Shown here: positions 13,141 to 27,966 of the stretch, piece after piece
How the letters are laid out: every line of letters begins with the position of its first letter
Numbering within the stretch: the stretch's first letter is position 1
NCBI GenBank assembly: GCA_038496445.1
Contig: JALMLS010000577.1
Location: 868,001-932,000, forward strand
Length of the DNA stretch: 64,000 nt
Origin: Trichosphaerium sp. ATCC 40318
Taxonomy: Eukaryota; Protista; Tubulinea
Reading direction: 5' to 3'
Translations under genes and position numbers: made by a program
Notes under the pieces: model-generated
The model's input: only the letters and a program-made list of their open reading frames with translations
Told to the model about the DNA's origin: nothing
The model's database searches: none

Positions 13141-13658
13141 TGTATTGATTGTGTTATAGTAAAGTTGGATGAACGAACACAGACTTTTTTTGACAGCCAA
13201 AGTCGGCAACATCACTGTACTCCTGTACAGTGCCAGTGACACAGCTAACCGAAATCCCTTTCATTGAAACTCCTGAAGGAGTTGCGCATAGAGTCAACTG
13301 CAGCGACACATGTCATGCGAAACAAAGCGTCAATCAAGTCTGCAATGGAGGACCAACACTTGTGACTGCGTGTTCGGCCATCGGAATTGTAGCAAAACAA
13401 TGCACCAAAGAGAACAAACAATTGCAACCTAAACTGGTTGCAAAGCGCGTATACTAGCAGTCTACTTACAGGATGTAGTCTGAAAATCCCAGGTTGTAGT
13501 GGAAAGATCAGAAGATAAGCCTTATTTAGTCACGGTCAGGTAAACAATTAAGATTCGCTTCATTGCTCTTTTGGAAGTTTTGTATTGCATCTACATTGCG
13601 TCATATTCTGCGGAGTTTATTATTACAAAATAAAACGAGGAGTACGGTATAAGTTGAA

Positions 13659-16224
13659 ATGAGCCGCAACAGACGATCTACAGCGATACGCCAAGCGTTG
13701 AACGACAAGCAAATCGCCACACAAGGCAAGGTATGACAATAATAATAAAAGACAATCACAAACGCTCCCAATCTTACCACAAGCAAGGTATACAAAAAAT
13801 GGATGAACTCTATTCTAAAAGCGCGTAATGTTGAAATAACCAACGTTATCGAAGATCTTAAGCAAGGATACCAGTTCTTTCACCTCTTAGAAGTACACTT
13901 GCAAGATTTTATCGTCTTTTAACTCTTTTGGTTAGATTCTATCCGGCAAAACCTTGCCATCGCAAAAATGGAAAACAAAGAAGGTCGCTTCCCCACGTAA
14001 AACCTCGAGCCAGAAGTTTAATCGCATTTCTGAATTAAATCTGTTGTTAAGCTTTATTGCTGATGAGGGCATCGCATTGACACTCATAGCAACAGGTACG
14101 TCAACTTATTTATGCACAACGTTCAGCTGTTAAAACCGTTTTTTTTCTCTTTACTTATTTGTCCGCTATCTGTTTCCAAGTCGTTGACGGCCTTTAGATA
14201 TACAAGAAGGTAACGCTGTGCTTATATTCGGACTGATTTGGATGGTTATTTTGAAATACCAAAACATTAGCCGAAATACTCTTCTTGAGTGGACAAAAAA
14301 ATCTATTGAAAGCTTTGAAGTTAAACTAGGGAACTTTACCTCACAGTAAGTCCAGTTACCTGTAAAATCTTGTTATTTCTTATTTTTACTCACTCCTTTA
14401 TAAGTTGGGTTGATGGTACAGCTTTCGTAGCATTAGTGGCATCGCTGGACGATAAAGCAATCAATTTCGAAAAGTTAAAAGAGGTATAATCGAACATTTT
14501 GTGTTTTTTATTTTTTTTGATTGACAATCCGTTTTAAAAGGCAAGTCCAGAAACAAGGATTAAAAAAGCAGTAAACACGGCCCATAAGAAGGTATTCCCC
14601 TTTTTTGTTCCCTTTATTTTATTCACAAAAATTAGTTTGGTATTCCCAAGCTTCTTGAGGTTAGTGATGTTTATCCTGGTCCACCTGATGAGAATGTTGT
14701 AATGATGTATGTATCGTTCTTTAAAAATGTACGCACAGGTTTTTCTTCTTCTCTCGCTTTTTTGGAGCATTGTATGTATACAACTTGGTTCTTACTATCT
14801 TTCTTAGCACACAAAGAAACCAAAACCAAGGTACAATTTCGATTAATTCCGAGATCTATAAAAAAAAACGGACTTCTTCTTTGACATTGTCGATGATTTT
14901 TGACTTACTCGTTGTTCTGTTTTTAGAGTTGATCCTAGAGATATTAAAATTGATGATCAAGATAAGACTATTCAGAATTTAACTACTGCTGTTTCCAATA
15001 TATCTAAGGCAGCTGAAGAAAAAGATAAAGTTGTAAAATCATTATCAGCTAAAGTTGATATAATACCTTCGCTTAAAAAAACGATTAGTACTCAAGATGA
15101 GACAATAGAACGTCTCAAAGCTGAGTTAGAAGCTTCAAGGAAAAAAGAAGAATCATCAAATCAAGTACTACAAAAGCTTAAGAATGATCAGATTCCTGTA
15201 CTACGTCAAGCTTTAAAGGAAAAAGTCCAACGTGTTGGTGAATTAGTTTTACAACTTAAAGAGTTGCAAACAAAGGATGAGATAATACTTCAACTAAAGG
15301 ATGCGGTAGAAGATAAAGAAAAGAGTATTGGTGACTTGACTAAAGAGATGAGGAACGTATTACAAATGTTAAGAGATACAAAGGTGCGTATTTCTTTTTC
15401 GGTTTCTTTTTCGCTTAAAATTTGTTGTCTGATGTAATTCTAGGCTGCTCTGGTTGCTGTGACTAAAAAGAGTAAAACCTATGTTATCAAGCTTGCTGAG
15501 CTTAAATCTATTATCGATGCTGGTGGTGAATTATCACTTGAAGATCAACTACAAGACTTGAAAATCAAGATGGAAGAACAACAGAATAAAATTATGGAAT
15601 TACAACAACAACTTCTCGAAGCCGAGAAACAGGTATCTTACTAACCACTCCACTCTTAAATTACTAAAACATAACAAAGGCACGTGCTCTACAAGCAAAC
15701 TTGTCAAAGGCCCAAGGTGCAAGCGACTCTGATATTGAGAACAGCAGGGTACGTTACTTGGTTTAACACTTGCGAGTTTTTTTTTATTAAAGTCGTGTTT
15801 TGTAGATCGTACAAGAGTTACTTGCAGCCCAAACTTCAATGAGAGATGAGATTGACGAAGCTAGAGATACAAATGCGTATGTTTATTTTTATCACCTTTC
15901 TTTAAAGCATTTTTTTTGATGTTCTTGAATCATTGTTGTTTTAGTGAATTACGTGAGCTCTTAGAGTTCTTGAATACGAATTACAAGACACTTGTAAAAG
16001 ATAATAAGGTTACCACTACATCATTATCAAGCCATGAAGCAAGTTGTGGTGCTACAGTTGATGATTTACAAGAATTACTTGAAACAAACAAAAATGCTAT
16101 TGAAAGCATGATAAACAAACTACAAATTCTCAAAAAGGTACGCTTGTTTCTCCTGTTCTTCAGTTTTTCTTCTTCTTTCGCTGTTATGTATTTAAAAACT
16201 GACTGAACAATTTAGGAAAAGTAG
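13659..16224 (+). CDS. Tandem calponin-homology + long coiled-coil actin-binding protein (cortexillin/actinin-like); multi-exon
   Basis: KWMNSILK...EDLKQG...LLEILSGK, LIFGLIWMVILKYQ, LLEWT, WVDGTAFVALV, PDENVVMMYVS, then a heptad-rich region. Confidence 0.85.
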
Positions 16225-16361
16225 ACATAGCGATGATTGTGACACCCAAACAAGCGAAATTACTTTCGAATTGACTTTTGGTTGACTTTCAATAATAAAA
16301 TTGAGATTTCTCTTTTTTTATCTTGTTTTAATTATTTACTTGACACGAATGATGTATTTTT

Positions 16362-18681
16362 TTAATCTTCCTTTGTTCGTAGTTCGTTGTTTAGTCTTTC
16401 TTCAAGACTATCAAGTAGTTTGTTCATTCTAGAAAGGTGTTGTTAGATTAAAAACAGCGTCTTTTTGTTTAGAACTTACCTCTCAGCGCTAGGGTCATTA
16501 GGAGGTACCTTTGCTCTAATTTTCTTCACATAGCGAAGAAATAGTCTGCAAACACTTTCAAAATTCTTGCAAGCGAGAATGAGCTACAACAAAAAAATGT
16601 CAATATTAATATTAATTCGATAAAACGCTCATTTATGAATTGAACGTGGTAATCATCTTACTTTTACAGCCTCTCCTTTTCTGATCTTTACTTCCCATCG
16701 AAATACGTCAATATTATTGTAACATACGTGAAGAGTAGAAATTGCCATAACCTATGAACATAATAAGCACGAAATGACTGAAATTCAGTTGATTGTAAAA
16801 TCTGTCGTTTATCATTCTTCGGGCTTTTGTTTGTTTTTTTTGAAATAAATCAGTACTTACTTGAGGAATGGCGCAAAATTTAAACACACTTGGTTCTTGT
16901 AGTATCTTCATATAATCTAGACTAGCCATAGCATGTTTTAATGCGTCTGTTACCATATGGTTGATAAGTTTCAATGCTTTCGTGTTGTTTTTCCATTCTT
17001 TAAAATCGCCAATAGCACCAGAGTATTGGCTCCTAAAAACGAAATTTTTTAGTGATATTCTTTCTTATCCAAAGATGAAAAAAATATAACTCAAACGTTG
17101 AGCCAAAATATTCGTTCTACGTACCAGATTTCTTCTGGGTAGAATATCCTAGGTGGAACCTCTAATACGTCCTCTAAGTAGTCACGTGTGATATTAGTCT
17201 TTTGTAGGAAGAGGCCCATGGAGTTACTCAAGTCTTTAAGTTCATCGATACGAGGATCTGATAATGATTAATAATGAAAATGCAATTCAAAAATACGCTT
17301 CAGGCAGTTTTGTATGAGAAGGGATGTTCGTACCTTCTAATCCTGATGCAGCGAATAATCCTGATAAACCGTGTCCGACGAGCCCAGCAACATAGTGGCA
17401 ATATTTCTCGTACTCAGGAATTGTTTTAACTTCTTTTGTCAAAAATTCTACACAAATAAGCAATTACCAAATGTGCATAACTCATACCAGCCATGCCGTA
17501 TCCCATTTTTTTGCAGATGTCTTCAATGATCAAGCGGTATCTGAACGAGATTAGTGTTGGTTTATACAAGTATTAATGCTTAGTACGACAAAAAAGAAGA
17601 GAAAAAAGAGCCATGTGTCAAATTGTGACACATTTTGTTTCAAAGAAACGTTCAAAAAAAAAAAGAACTTACTTTTCTTTTAGTTCCAAATGAGCGGCAG
17701 TCACTTTATTGAATTGTTTCAATAAATCTCTTTCTCTGTCATTTGTTCCATCTACAAAATATAAATATACTTCCCACTCCAATACATAAACGTGACATCA
17801 AAACAAAAAAAAAAAGAAAAAAAACATTCGTCCAAATACAAAATACTGGTGAGGCAGATGATCATCAAACTTGGCGCTATAGATCTTTTTGACGAAGCCA
17901 CTGGAAGAAAAGGTCTCATTTTTGTGAAAAGTAGCGTTGAATGTCAACTTACAAAGATGCTCAAAGTCTGCCATATTCCATTCACGATCATTTAGGTGCA
18001 AGTAGAATTGTTGTAGTTGCTCAATTTTTTCTTCAACTGGAGGACCCATGTCATCTTCAACAGAGTCCAAACCACGTAATACAAGGTAAAAAATACAAAC
18101 CTAAACGTTCCAAAATTAGTCATAGAGCCCTGTACACTAAGAAACGAAGTGTGGAGTGCTCTTCCAGGCAGTCAATGTGCACAGAAGCGCTTTTTTTCGT
18201 TTTGGAAGGTTGTTTGAGCACAAAAAAGGAGGTATGTAATGCTACGTACTGCTTCCCGCAATTCTGGGTGTAGTTCCAAGATGACGGCGTAAAAACTACG
18301 ACTAGTTTGCTTCAATTTGTCGTAACAGTATTTCATATCACTCGAAATGCCTGTAGGTATTTGTGGTAGTTTGCTAGCGCCAAATAAGTAAATTAGAGAA
18401 AAAAGTGCAAACTCGTACGTTGTAAATAAGAAAACAAACATATAGTACACCTCATCCAAGTGAAAAATGTAACCCAAGTCTTTCTTGAGTTTGGCAATTT
18501 TTACAGGCATACGTAATATATCTGCGTAAAAGCCCCACCATAACGCTAATCCAATGACCAAAGTAACAATGGTTGGTACAGATACGATATTGGTAGGGGT
18601 AGATTCAGTGGCTTCGTCAGTTGCTGCTGAAATAGCCGCAAAAACAAGCACTACCAACGCTATGCTTCGTGTTGGGAACAT
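16362..18681 (-). CDS. FDFT1: Squalene synthase (farnesyl-diphosphate farnesyltransferase); multi-exon
   Basis: [53 protein letters not shown]. Confidence 0.95.
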
Positions 18682-18858
18682 TGTTGAACAAAGTAACGCT
18701 AAGTGTCTGTTTAGCATGGCTTAAAAGGTTGAAAAGCTTCAGTGCACCTTCGAAGGCTCTGTCAAATGTTTGTGAGGCGTGTAATGCACACAAATCTAAG
18801 TCAAACATTCCTTACTTAAGAAAGTACATTTTTTCAGTACAAGCGGGGAAAACAAGCC

Positions 18859-20297
18859 ATGAATTCATTTCTTATCACTGGAACGTATACGTCAAAACTT
18901 GGTACGAATATTTGTTAGTACGACCGTTTACTTTCGTAGGACACGCACCTAACGCCAACGGAAAGGGTGTCGTAGTATACAAGCTTCAAGACAACTCATC
19001 ATACGGTAAACCGTTTGAAACATGCCTTTCACGTTGCTTATTTTGGATCCTAGTTGAGGTGGCCGTGGACTCTTCTTTACCTCATCCTTCATGGGTAACC
19101 GCTCACCCAACCAAAAGTACATCACCCACATCATGTCACGTTGCTAAATATTATTTCTAGATGTTATATACGCGTGTCACGAGCTTGAAGGCGTTTCTAA
19201 GATTACTTCTTTTAACGTAGACCCTAAGACTGGTAAACTCACGTTAACAAGTACACAAAGCAGTCTAGGCGAGGCAGCATGTCATGGAGAAGTGTACTGA
19301 GACATACTTGCAAAAAATCACGATTTAAATGTCATTTAGCGATAAAACTGGCAAAGTGCTTTTCATCGCTAATTACTCGAGTGGATGTATTACCAGCTTT
19401 ATAATTAATGATGACGGAAGTTTGCAGCCTTCAGCAGATCACGTACGCTTTGTTATTGCTTATTCTTCCCGATAATATTGTTTACGTATCAATTAGCTAA
19501 AGTTTGGCGGTAGTGGTCCAAACAAGAGTAGACAAGAAGGGCCACATGCTCACGGAACGTTTATTGATTACACTACCAATACACGTATGTTAGTGCCAAA
19601 CTTGGGTAATGATACAGTTCATGTTTGCCAGGTAAGCACGTGACATTCTTTCCTTGAGAAAGTCATTTATTTTTTTGGTAGTTTGACACACAAGGCAAAA
19701 TGAAAGAGATTTCGTGTTTGAAATTAGATGCAGGCTCAGGTCCTAGACATGTTGTGTATCACCCAACTCTAGACATTGTATACGTACTGTCAGAACTCCT
19801 TCCCACAGTAACGGTACGGAGCATTCATTTTAGGTTATCTTTTTCCGGTAACATTTTTCTGCCAGGTTTGTTCTTGGGATCACAAGGGAGAATTGAAAAG
19901 TATTACCTCTGCTTCTTTAGTTCCGGAGGGATTTACAGGCTCAACTAACGCAGCTGCTATACGGTTTCACGCGAAATCAAATACGTTATACTGCTCTAAC
20001 CGCTTCTACGATACAATCTCTTCCTTTGACGTAACCTTTTGTTGCTTTTTTTTTGAAAAACCTAAGTTGTGTTAGGTTGACTCGAAAGGAAACATTACAC
20101 CAAAATCACACACGAGCACGCACGGTAAAACTCCTCGCGACATGCAATTCAACCCAGACGGAACGCTTTTATATGTAGCGAATCAAGACTCCGATGATAT
20201 TCAAGTATTCTCTGTGGCTCAAGATACTGGTGACTTGACTCACGTTCCTAAGTCAGAAATTAAAATGAGTGGACCCACGTGCTTGTTGTTTTGGTAA
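18859..20297 (+). CDS. Seven-bladed beta-propeller lactonase (6-phosphogluconolactonase Pgl/YbhE-like); multi-exon
   Basis: GTYT, HPSW, ANYSSG, RQEGPHAH, GSGPRH, SNR, GKTPRD, VANQDSD. Confidence 0.9.
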
Positions 20298-20531
20298 AAA
20301 TAGAAACCTAACTAAGTTTGCATTACAAGTAATAAACCCTGGTATGTTACCTGGTTTAAGTACGGAATAAAATCAATAAAAAACCAGTAATTTTTACCAA
20401 TAACAAAAAGAAGACAGTCTGACTTTTTTTAAAATCTCGTTCGCAAAAATACAGACTGGAATTACCTTATCAGCACATGGAATATTAATTACGCGGGACA
20501 TAGAGACGTACAAGCGTGTCAAGAAATTGTA

Positions 20532-23500
20532 ATGGCAGAAAAAGGTGAAGAAAATGTTATAGACCCCAAATTGTCTCAATATTCAACGGCACCTGTCGCA
20601 AAGAGCAAAAGAGAACACAAACGGCGAAATACTTGTATATACCTATTAATTATCTATGATACGAACCAATTGATCGTTAGCTATTAGCCAACAATCAAGC
20701 GCGATTTGACGTTGTAAAATCACGAAGTTAACTTCTTTTAGTAACTGGCACAAAACCTCGATCAAAACCTGGGCCAAAGCTCGGTAAGCGCGGTAAAATC
20801 ATGAAATGGACAAATCAGCACATTGCTCCAAGTACGCTGAAAGAGTGTTACACTGACGCTAATAATACATAAGGAGTATCTTGGCGTAAGTCTACAAGAG
20901 CGAGATCTAACTCAACGTCGGGCTTGGAGAAACAACAAATCCGTTCACTGCCTAAACATTTAGAAGGTGCAATTCAACAAAATAACTATTTGCCACGCGT
21001 AGTATAAGCGAATTTAATAATCAAATAGCGAGATCTGCTTCATTAAGAAATCCTGGAACAGATATAATGAACGGTGTAGAACAAGGAGCTCTTAGTGCTT
21101 CTTGGAATCCGTCCAGTACTATTAAAGACTCTAGAAGGAAGTCAGGATCTATTGATGTCAACTTTTTGTTCACAAAACCCAAGGCGAAAAGACCTATTCC
21201 AGGTTAGCCTAACAGCTTTTGTATTTCGTTATTTTTACTAAGTTAATGACTCTACTATTTACATAAATATTATTAGGAGCTGAAGTGTGCATACTAATGA
21301 GACGTACGGTAGAATTGTTCACTTACACGTGCCTCTATTTTTTATTGTGCTACCTTTTTACGGACATTTTACTCTTTTGATTTCGCTATTTTTGGTATTA
21401 ATTTCGGTAGTTGATCGTCGAGGCAAACCTGTTGTAATGTCTACGTATCCGAGTACATTAAGGCCAGAATTTAAGCATGTGAGTATTGATGTTGGTGAGG
21501 TACAGGCAGAGTATGAAAGAGGAACTCATCTCACTTTTTCGTCTAGTTTTGTTTCCCTGAAACAAATGTGAAGATGTCAAAGAAAGGCATTGAGCACCAT
21601 GTATTTATGTTAACTGATGTACATAGAAGATTTTGGTATGTTAATTTTATAGACTAACAACACAGTAACTAAGTGTTATTGTAGGTATGGTCACTGTCTT
21701 CGGTTCTCGTATGAAAAGTTCCAAGGTAGTACAGATAAGTATGTTACTCCTTTTGATTTGTTGAGTATTTTTGGTTAATTACTTGCATCAGGAACACAAA
21801 GAGTTATGCCCTGAATGCTGCGCTATGTATAATAACAGGTCACTCTCTGTATGGCACAGTGCGATACTTTATGAGGCATATTTTGAGGGAAGCCTCATTA
21901 TCAAATGATGTAAGTAGTTCTTACTTGTATGTCACTAATTTCTTTAGCGTTCTGTTCGATTAGAAACACGTATTGGAGCTCTTATCAATGAAGTTATAGT
22001 TCCTGTTTCAGGTACGAGTTTAAGAAACTATTTAGACTATAACAAAACCTTAGATACAATGAATTGTGTCTTTAGTGTATCCAAGCATGTAAAAAAAGAA
22101 CGTAAAGAAACATGGATACCTTCAACTGTTAAAGTGTTCGCTGAACGAATCGAATTTAATATGGGTGTTGGTGAGTGTTTATTAATTTAAATTAAACCGT
22201 ATTCATCCTTTTCCTAGCTGCCGTGAATTTGAGGTTTCCAGCTCTTGATGTACGGATCACTTAATAAAAGTTTTCTTCGTTTTATCTTATTTGTACAATT
22301 TAGATGGACTTACAGCCTCTACTTTCACTCGATCTCAATCTAGTCTTGCGTCTTTATTCTGCAGTATTGCTTAATTATCATATCATTCTATTTTCAGACT
22401 CGTACGAAGCCAGTGTTAGGTTGTTATGGAACTAATTTATTAACGTTAGTCCTTCAAAGTTGACATATGTTTGCGAAGCAATACTAGCACTTGTATGGCC
22501 GTTTGAATGTAGATTAGTACGCAACATTATTTTCATTATCATCACATGATCTAACACGTGATTTTGTAGGTATACGTACCTCTGATGACCAAATCACAGT
22601 TGCAATACCTTGGTGCTCCTACGCCATTTTTGTGTGGAGTATTGAGAGAGTATCTTCCTCCTATGGATGAATTGACGACTGCTGATGTAATGATTGATCT
22701 TGATAAAGGAGTTGATATGCTATCTAATATGACTGTTCCTGACTTACCTCGGGAGAGCAAGTCTTATTTACTGCGTTCTCTTGAAACTGTACGCTCTGTT
22801 TGATGTCATTTAGATCTAGTTGCTTACTTGTTGTTATAGACCTTGAACTCAATGGAGAGCCAAGCGGATGTGCGTGATAAATAGTTTTTATTTCAAAAGT
22901 CCTAACTTGTTTATTAGTTCTATACAACTAAGTTTGAAGTGCGTGTGAGAGGCTTGTTTTTTAAGTTCTTGGTAAGTTTATATGTGTTCTTTTTTGTTTG
23001 TAAGGTGATTGACTTTATACATAGCTGCGTGTGGTAAATGGTATTCCTCTTGATGAATGCGATGATCCATTCTATGGAGAGTTTGTTAATAGTATGTCTT
23101 TTCAATCATTAATCCAGGTCGAAGAAGAAGCTGGTCCCAATCTTCTTACTCTTGCGCGAGAAGTAGAATCTGAAGATGAGGTAGTATTTCTGTATAAGGT
23201 TTGTTATTTAACTTTTTGGAAGGTTGACGTGCTTCTCTCAAAAGCATTCCATAGACCATTACAACATTTGTACATATCTGAGCCTGAACCAGTTGGTACG
23301 CACTTACCTAAGGAATCCAAACACTCAAGAAATGAATAGACTGCAGCCATGTTAAGTCTCTTGATAAGATCCTGAAGCTAGACCGACGGCAGTTCCACTT
23401 TCCAAGGTTTAGTAAATTAGGTGGTGATGCACTTGGTTTACAGAATAACAACCCATTAGATCCTTGTGGCTATGTAATGGTAAGCAGAGAACAGCTTTTT

Positions 23501-26500
23501 TTAAAAGCAAATTTATATATTTTAACCATAACTTAAGGCAATCTATTATCTTCAACGGATGCAAGATATTCAAGCAAGCGATCCTGAGAATCATTTAAAA
23601 CAAATAGAAACTCTTTTACATAGGTATGTTAGCCAAGTTATTGGTACGATCACGTTTACTGAGCTTGTTTTAGGCTTCACGATATTGATCCTATGAATGC
23701 AATATTTCGTGATAAGGACTTTTTCTTTGTTCTTTTGCCAAAGCTGTCACTTGAAGGTGTTGAATCCCTTTCTTCGCGTATACCAGAGATGTTACCATTG
23801 ATCACTGACTATATGCAACGACCAGAATCTGCCTCACAAGTACGTCCATTGAAACGCATGTTTCTCCATAAAAAACAAAATTTCTTTTTTGTTAATCTTC
23901 TGCTTCTAGCGTATGTTACAACAGATCTATGGTTGTTTGGCTGAGGAAGTTGGAAAAGATGAAACATTAGACATACCTCTAGGACTCATTGGTATTTCAA
24001 CTGAAACAACTCTTCTGTTAGCTAACAAGGTTTAAGGCGAACTGATAGACACAGGAGCAAATGTTAATACAAGAATAGCAAGTGGTAAACCGCTTGTGCT
24101 TCTTGTTGGTGAACATAAAAAGCTGATACCATTAACACAACTCCTCATCAGCAAGGGAGGTATTACTTTTAAAACAGACAAAGAAGGAAACTCTTTACTC
24201 CATCTGGTAACCAAGGTAAGAACTATTTTGAAAATAAATATTTTCAAACCAGTAATACGAAGTCACTAAAAATTTGCCATTTGTTTAGTTCAGTTCTACT
24301 ATCAGTGACAACGACTATCTATCCTTGGTCCAAACAATGTGTACCTTGCTTAGTGCTGGACTAGATGTTAATCTTGTTGGGAAGCGATCAACGCTACGTA
24401 TGTTTGTTGTTTTTCTTTTCTTTAGCTCACTCTGATATCTCAGATTATGCTGCTGCGTTCCATCCAGCTCCTGTTATTCAGTTCTTGCTTGAAAATGGAG
24501 CAGATCCTAGTGTTGTAGACTCGTACGTTTTAAATGAAGTCGCATTTTTTGTTTACCTTAGTTTTCGTTTTAGCCAAGCCAAGAGTGTACTAGATTTGCT
24601 GATTCCTATTGACGAGAGAGGAAGGGTTATAAAGTTACTTCTTGAATACAAAGGTGATCCGTTCAGAAAGTCAGGAGAGACTGAGAAGGTAAACTCAAAA
24701 GCAGTTACTTTTTTTTATTGATGGTTTTTTTAAATTCTCTTTTTAGAGTCCTTACGAGCAAGCAAAGTCATTTGCTCATATGACCGGCGATAAATATTAT
24801 AAAAAGATTGTTAAAGACATGGAGAAAGTACGGAACCCTCTTCCTAAGGAAGAACCTGAAAAGCGCGTGTTTGTGAGACAAGACTCTGCTGATATTGTTC
24901 ATACAATGGGTGCCATTTCAAATCGCAAGAGCTTACACAAACACTCCCGTCAGACGTTCCTACACCTTGTACGTATTGTAAGGTATGTACTACATCACTG
25001 ACAATCAAAATTTAGAACCTATTGGAGCAAAGACGACATTTGGCTGAGTTGACAATTCTCTTTGTTGTAAGTTCACTTCTTTTCTTTTTCCTCTCCTTCC
25101 TTTGTATCTTTCTTATCTTAATTTTCTTTGTAGAGATACCTGAAGAGATTTGAAGTTGAGGAAAAGATATCTATGCAGCTCACAGATATGTTTAATATTG
25201 TTAAAGAATTACAGGCATTACAGACATCAATCCAAGAAGCATTCACTATGCACTTTTCTCATTATGGACTTTCAAAGCCTGTCGCTTCTGTTTACTTCAA
25301 CCCACTAAAGTCTACTGAATTTGTCACATTATATGGATCTTTGACGAAGGTAAACAGAGAAATTAAACTTACTTGAGAAAAATGGACTAACTATTTTCTC
25401 AAAGTACTATTACGAGCTTACGTTGAGTAATTTCTTCACGAATCAGCCACCTGAAGTGACTGAACTCTTGGATGTACGTTGAAAATAATGAGTATAGGTA
25501 TTATGACTTATAATTATCCAGAATATAGCCGCTGTAGAATCACCTGCACTCGGCATGGTGCTGCCAAGCATATTTTGTAATGAGAGGTAGAATTGGTTTT
25601 TTTTGTACTTGGTTTTCTTTTCTCTGATGGTTTTTTCTTTTAGAGTGGACGCTTCTTTCGAAGCTCTCTTGTTAAGATGTGTAGAATATCCTATGCGTTG
25701 TGCAGAAACTCTACGTGCTTTTTATGATCATGTGCGTTACGATGAACGTGAGGATGCATCTTTCCGTGAATCTGAATCAAAAGAATTCCAGTGCGTTATG
25801 TGAGTTTTTATGATATTTATTGAGTTTAGTTATGTGTTATCTCGTCTTGAAACTATGGTACAAGATTGCTTAGTAACTAAGAGAAAGGTTTACGCAAATC
25901 ATCTTGGCTTGAAGCCTTCCTATCGTCAGGTAAGAACCATTTCTACAACACAAAGCACATGAATTATAAACACATTACTCATTTATTCTGTTTTAATTTA
26001 GGAGTTACTTGAGAACTTGACAGATGTACACGTGTACTCTGGTGAAATGTACTTGCTTAAATTGGATAAAGATACATCCATGAAAGTATGCTGTCACATA
26101 TTCTCTCGGCATATTATATTCTACAAATACGTACGTTAAAGGTTTTGGTTTTGTTTACTTACTTGATCGATTCAGTTAAGCGATTCGCGACAAAAACTTC
26201 ACAAATTCTATAAAGTTAAAGCTATAGAAGCGTTCCAAGTACCAAACTTTACTCCAGCAGATAGTACGCCTTTTAAATACAGCAATAATACCCATATTTT
26301 CCTGAAATTTCGAACTGTTTAAAACAATTTCTTCCTGCTTCCTGCAGTGTCACGAGAAACGCTTCGAAAAAGATTGTTATTATGCCAATGACAGTTTTGA
26401 GCATTTTGAGTAACAGTACTTTGTAGGCATTGTGATAAACACTGTGTGTTTATCAGCATACATGGAAAACGGAACTACTAAAACTTGGATGATCAAATTC

Positions 26501-27213
26501 GATACACCTGTTATAAAGCGTGACTTCCTTGCAAAATTATGGACTTTTGTTGTTACTAAAGGTCAGAATACCATCCTGGTACGTCTAGGTTACAACCAAA
26601 CAAACTTCTGTTCGTAACAGTGATCTGTTTATCTCAATTTTTTTGTACTAAGTTATTGTTTTATTTGTAGAAGAAACGATGGCTTTACTGGGCAAAGAAT
26701 GATGCTACTGGTCTATTAGATTATAAAGTTATAACAAGCGATCACAAGCATAGTTGGAGGACCCATATATTCAAGTTACAAGGCCGTGATATATTCTGCT
26801 TTGGGTCAAATCCTTATAGTGCTGTAAGTTTTAAATTATTCACATGTCTTTATTTGACACTTTTTTCTCCTTTTTTTTTAATCGCTTCACACCAAAGGTA
26901 GCAAGTTGTCTATGACAATCTTGTGTACACAAACAAATCATTATTTTTTTTGGAAAAGAATATATATACTACAGCGTGATGACTGATTTTTTGTTAATAG
27001 CTACGTCATATGCAAAGACGTCTATTTTGTATTCCTTTGAGACATTTCAAGGTCAAAGAGGTTTCCAGAGATAGTTGGCATTATATACTAAAACCTATTG
27101 ATGTAAATGCTGGGTTACCTTCTATAGAGATTAGATGTAACAAATTTGAAAAGGGACCATTGCGTGAAGCGATGAGACAAGCTCTTTTAGGCAAAATAAA
27201 AAATGTACAATAA
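20532..27213 (+). CDS. Large multi-exon protein: DENN + ankyrin repeats + probable DH/PH and PH domains
   Basis: FCFP, FMLTD...YGHCLRF, WPFE, YVPLM...YLGAPTPFLCGV (DENN); GANVN, DKEGNSLLHL, LLENGADP (ankyrin); LLLRCVEYPMR and PH-like exons; start approximate. Confidence 0.8.
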
Positions 27214-27966
27214 AAAAAAGCAAGCAGATTGACATAACATTTTTAGTATTTTCTTTTTCTTTTTGCGTCCGTTATCATTGAACACCCCTGTGTTGTAATT
27301 AGTTAATGTTTTTGTGTGTAGCCGCTTGATCCACTCACAACTGATGTTGGGAAAGTAACAGATATTGGGCAAAAACGCAATACGTTTTATTAATCCAGTT
27401 TTTTACACATTGTTGTAAACATTAGAAGTACCTTACATGACGAGACAACGCCAATACCCTTTTGTGCTACTGCTTTAATTGTATGGAGCTGCTTAATATC
27501 CGAGTACTTGGATACGTTTTCTATGTAACAAAAACAAAAGTATCCTCCCTAGGTGAGGACACGGTATTTTTATTGTTTTCATTCAGATGCACTTCCTAGG
27601 TAAGGCCGCTGGATATTTTTTTGAGAATTCTTTTTTTTGGTACCAAGTAAGTTCTATGTTCACCGATACTTTCAGATCACGGAAGCCGCTCATAGATTGT
27701 TACTATTTTTTTTTTTTTTTTGGATTTTTTATTGGTTTTATAGACCGACCATTATGTGTCTACTTTCGTCAGCCACTACGAAAGATTTAAGGGGGGTTTA
27801 TGTGAGTCGCTTCGGTTAGTCAAACCGAAACTAGCTGTGGAGAACTACTTCCATCTGATATCTAGAATATTTTCGTTTCTTTTTATACCCATAAAAACTA
27901 CACAAAAATAAATTGTGGTATTAATAGAAGCTTCTAGAAGGTTAGTTCACTGAAAAATCTATTTTA

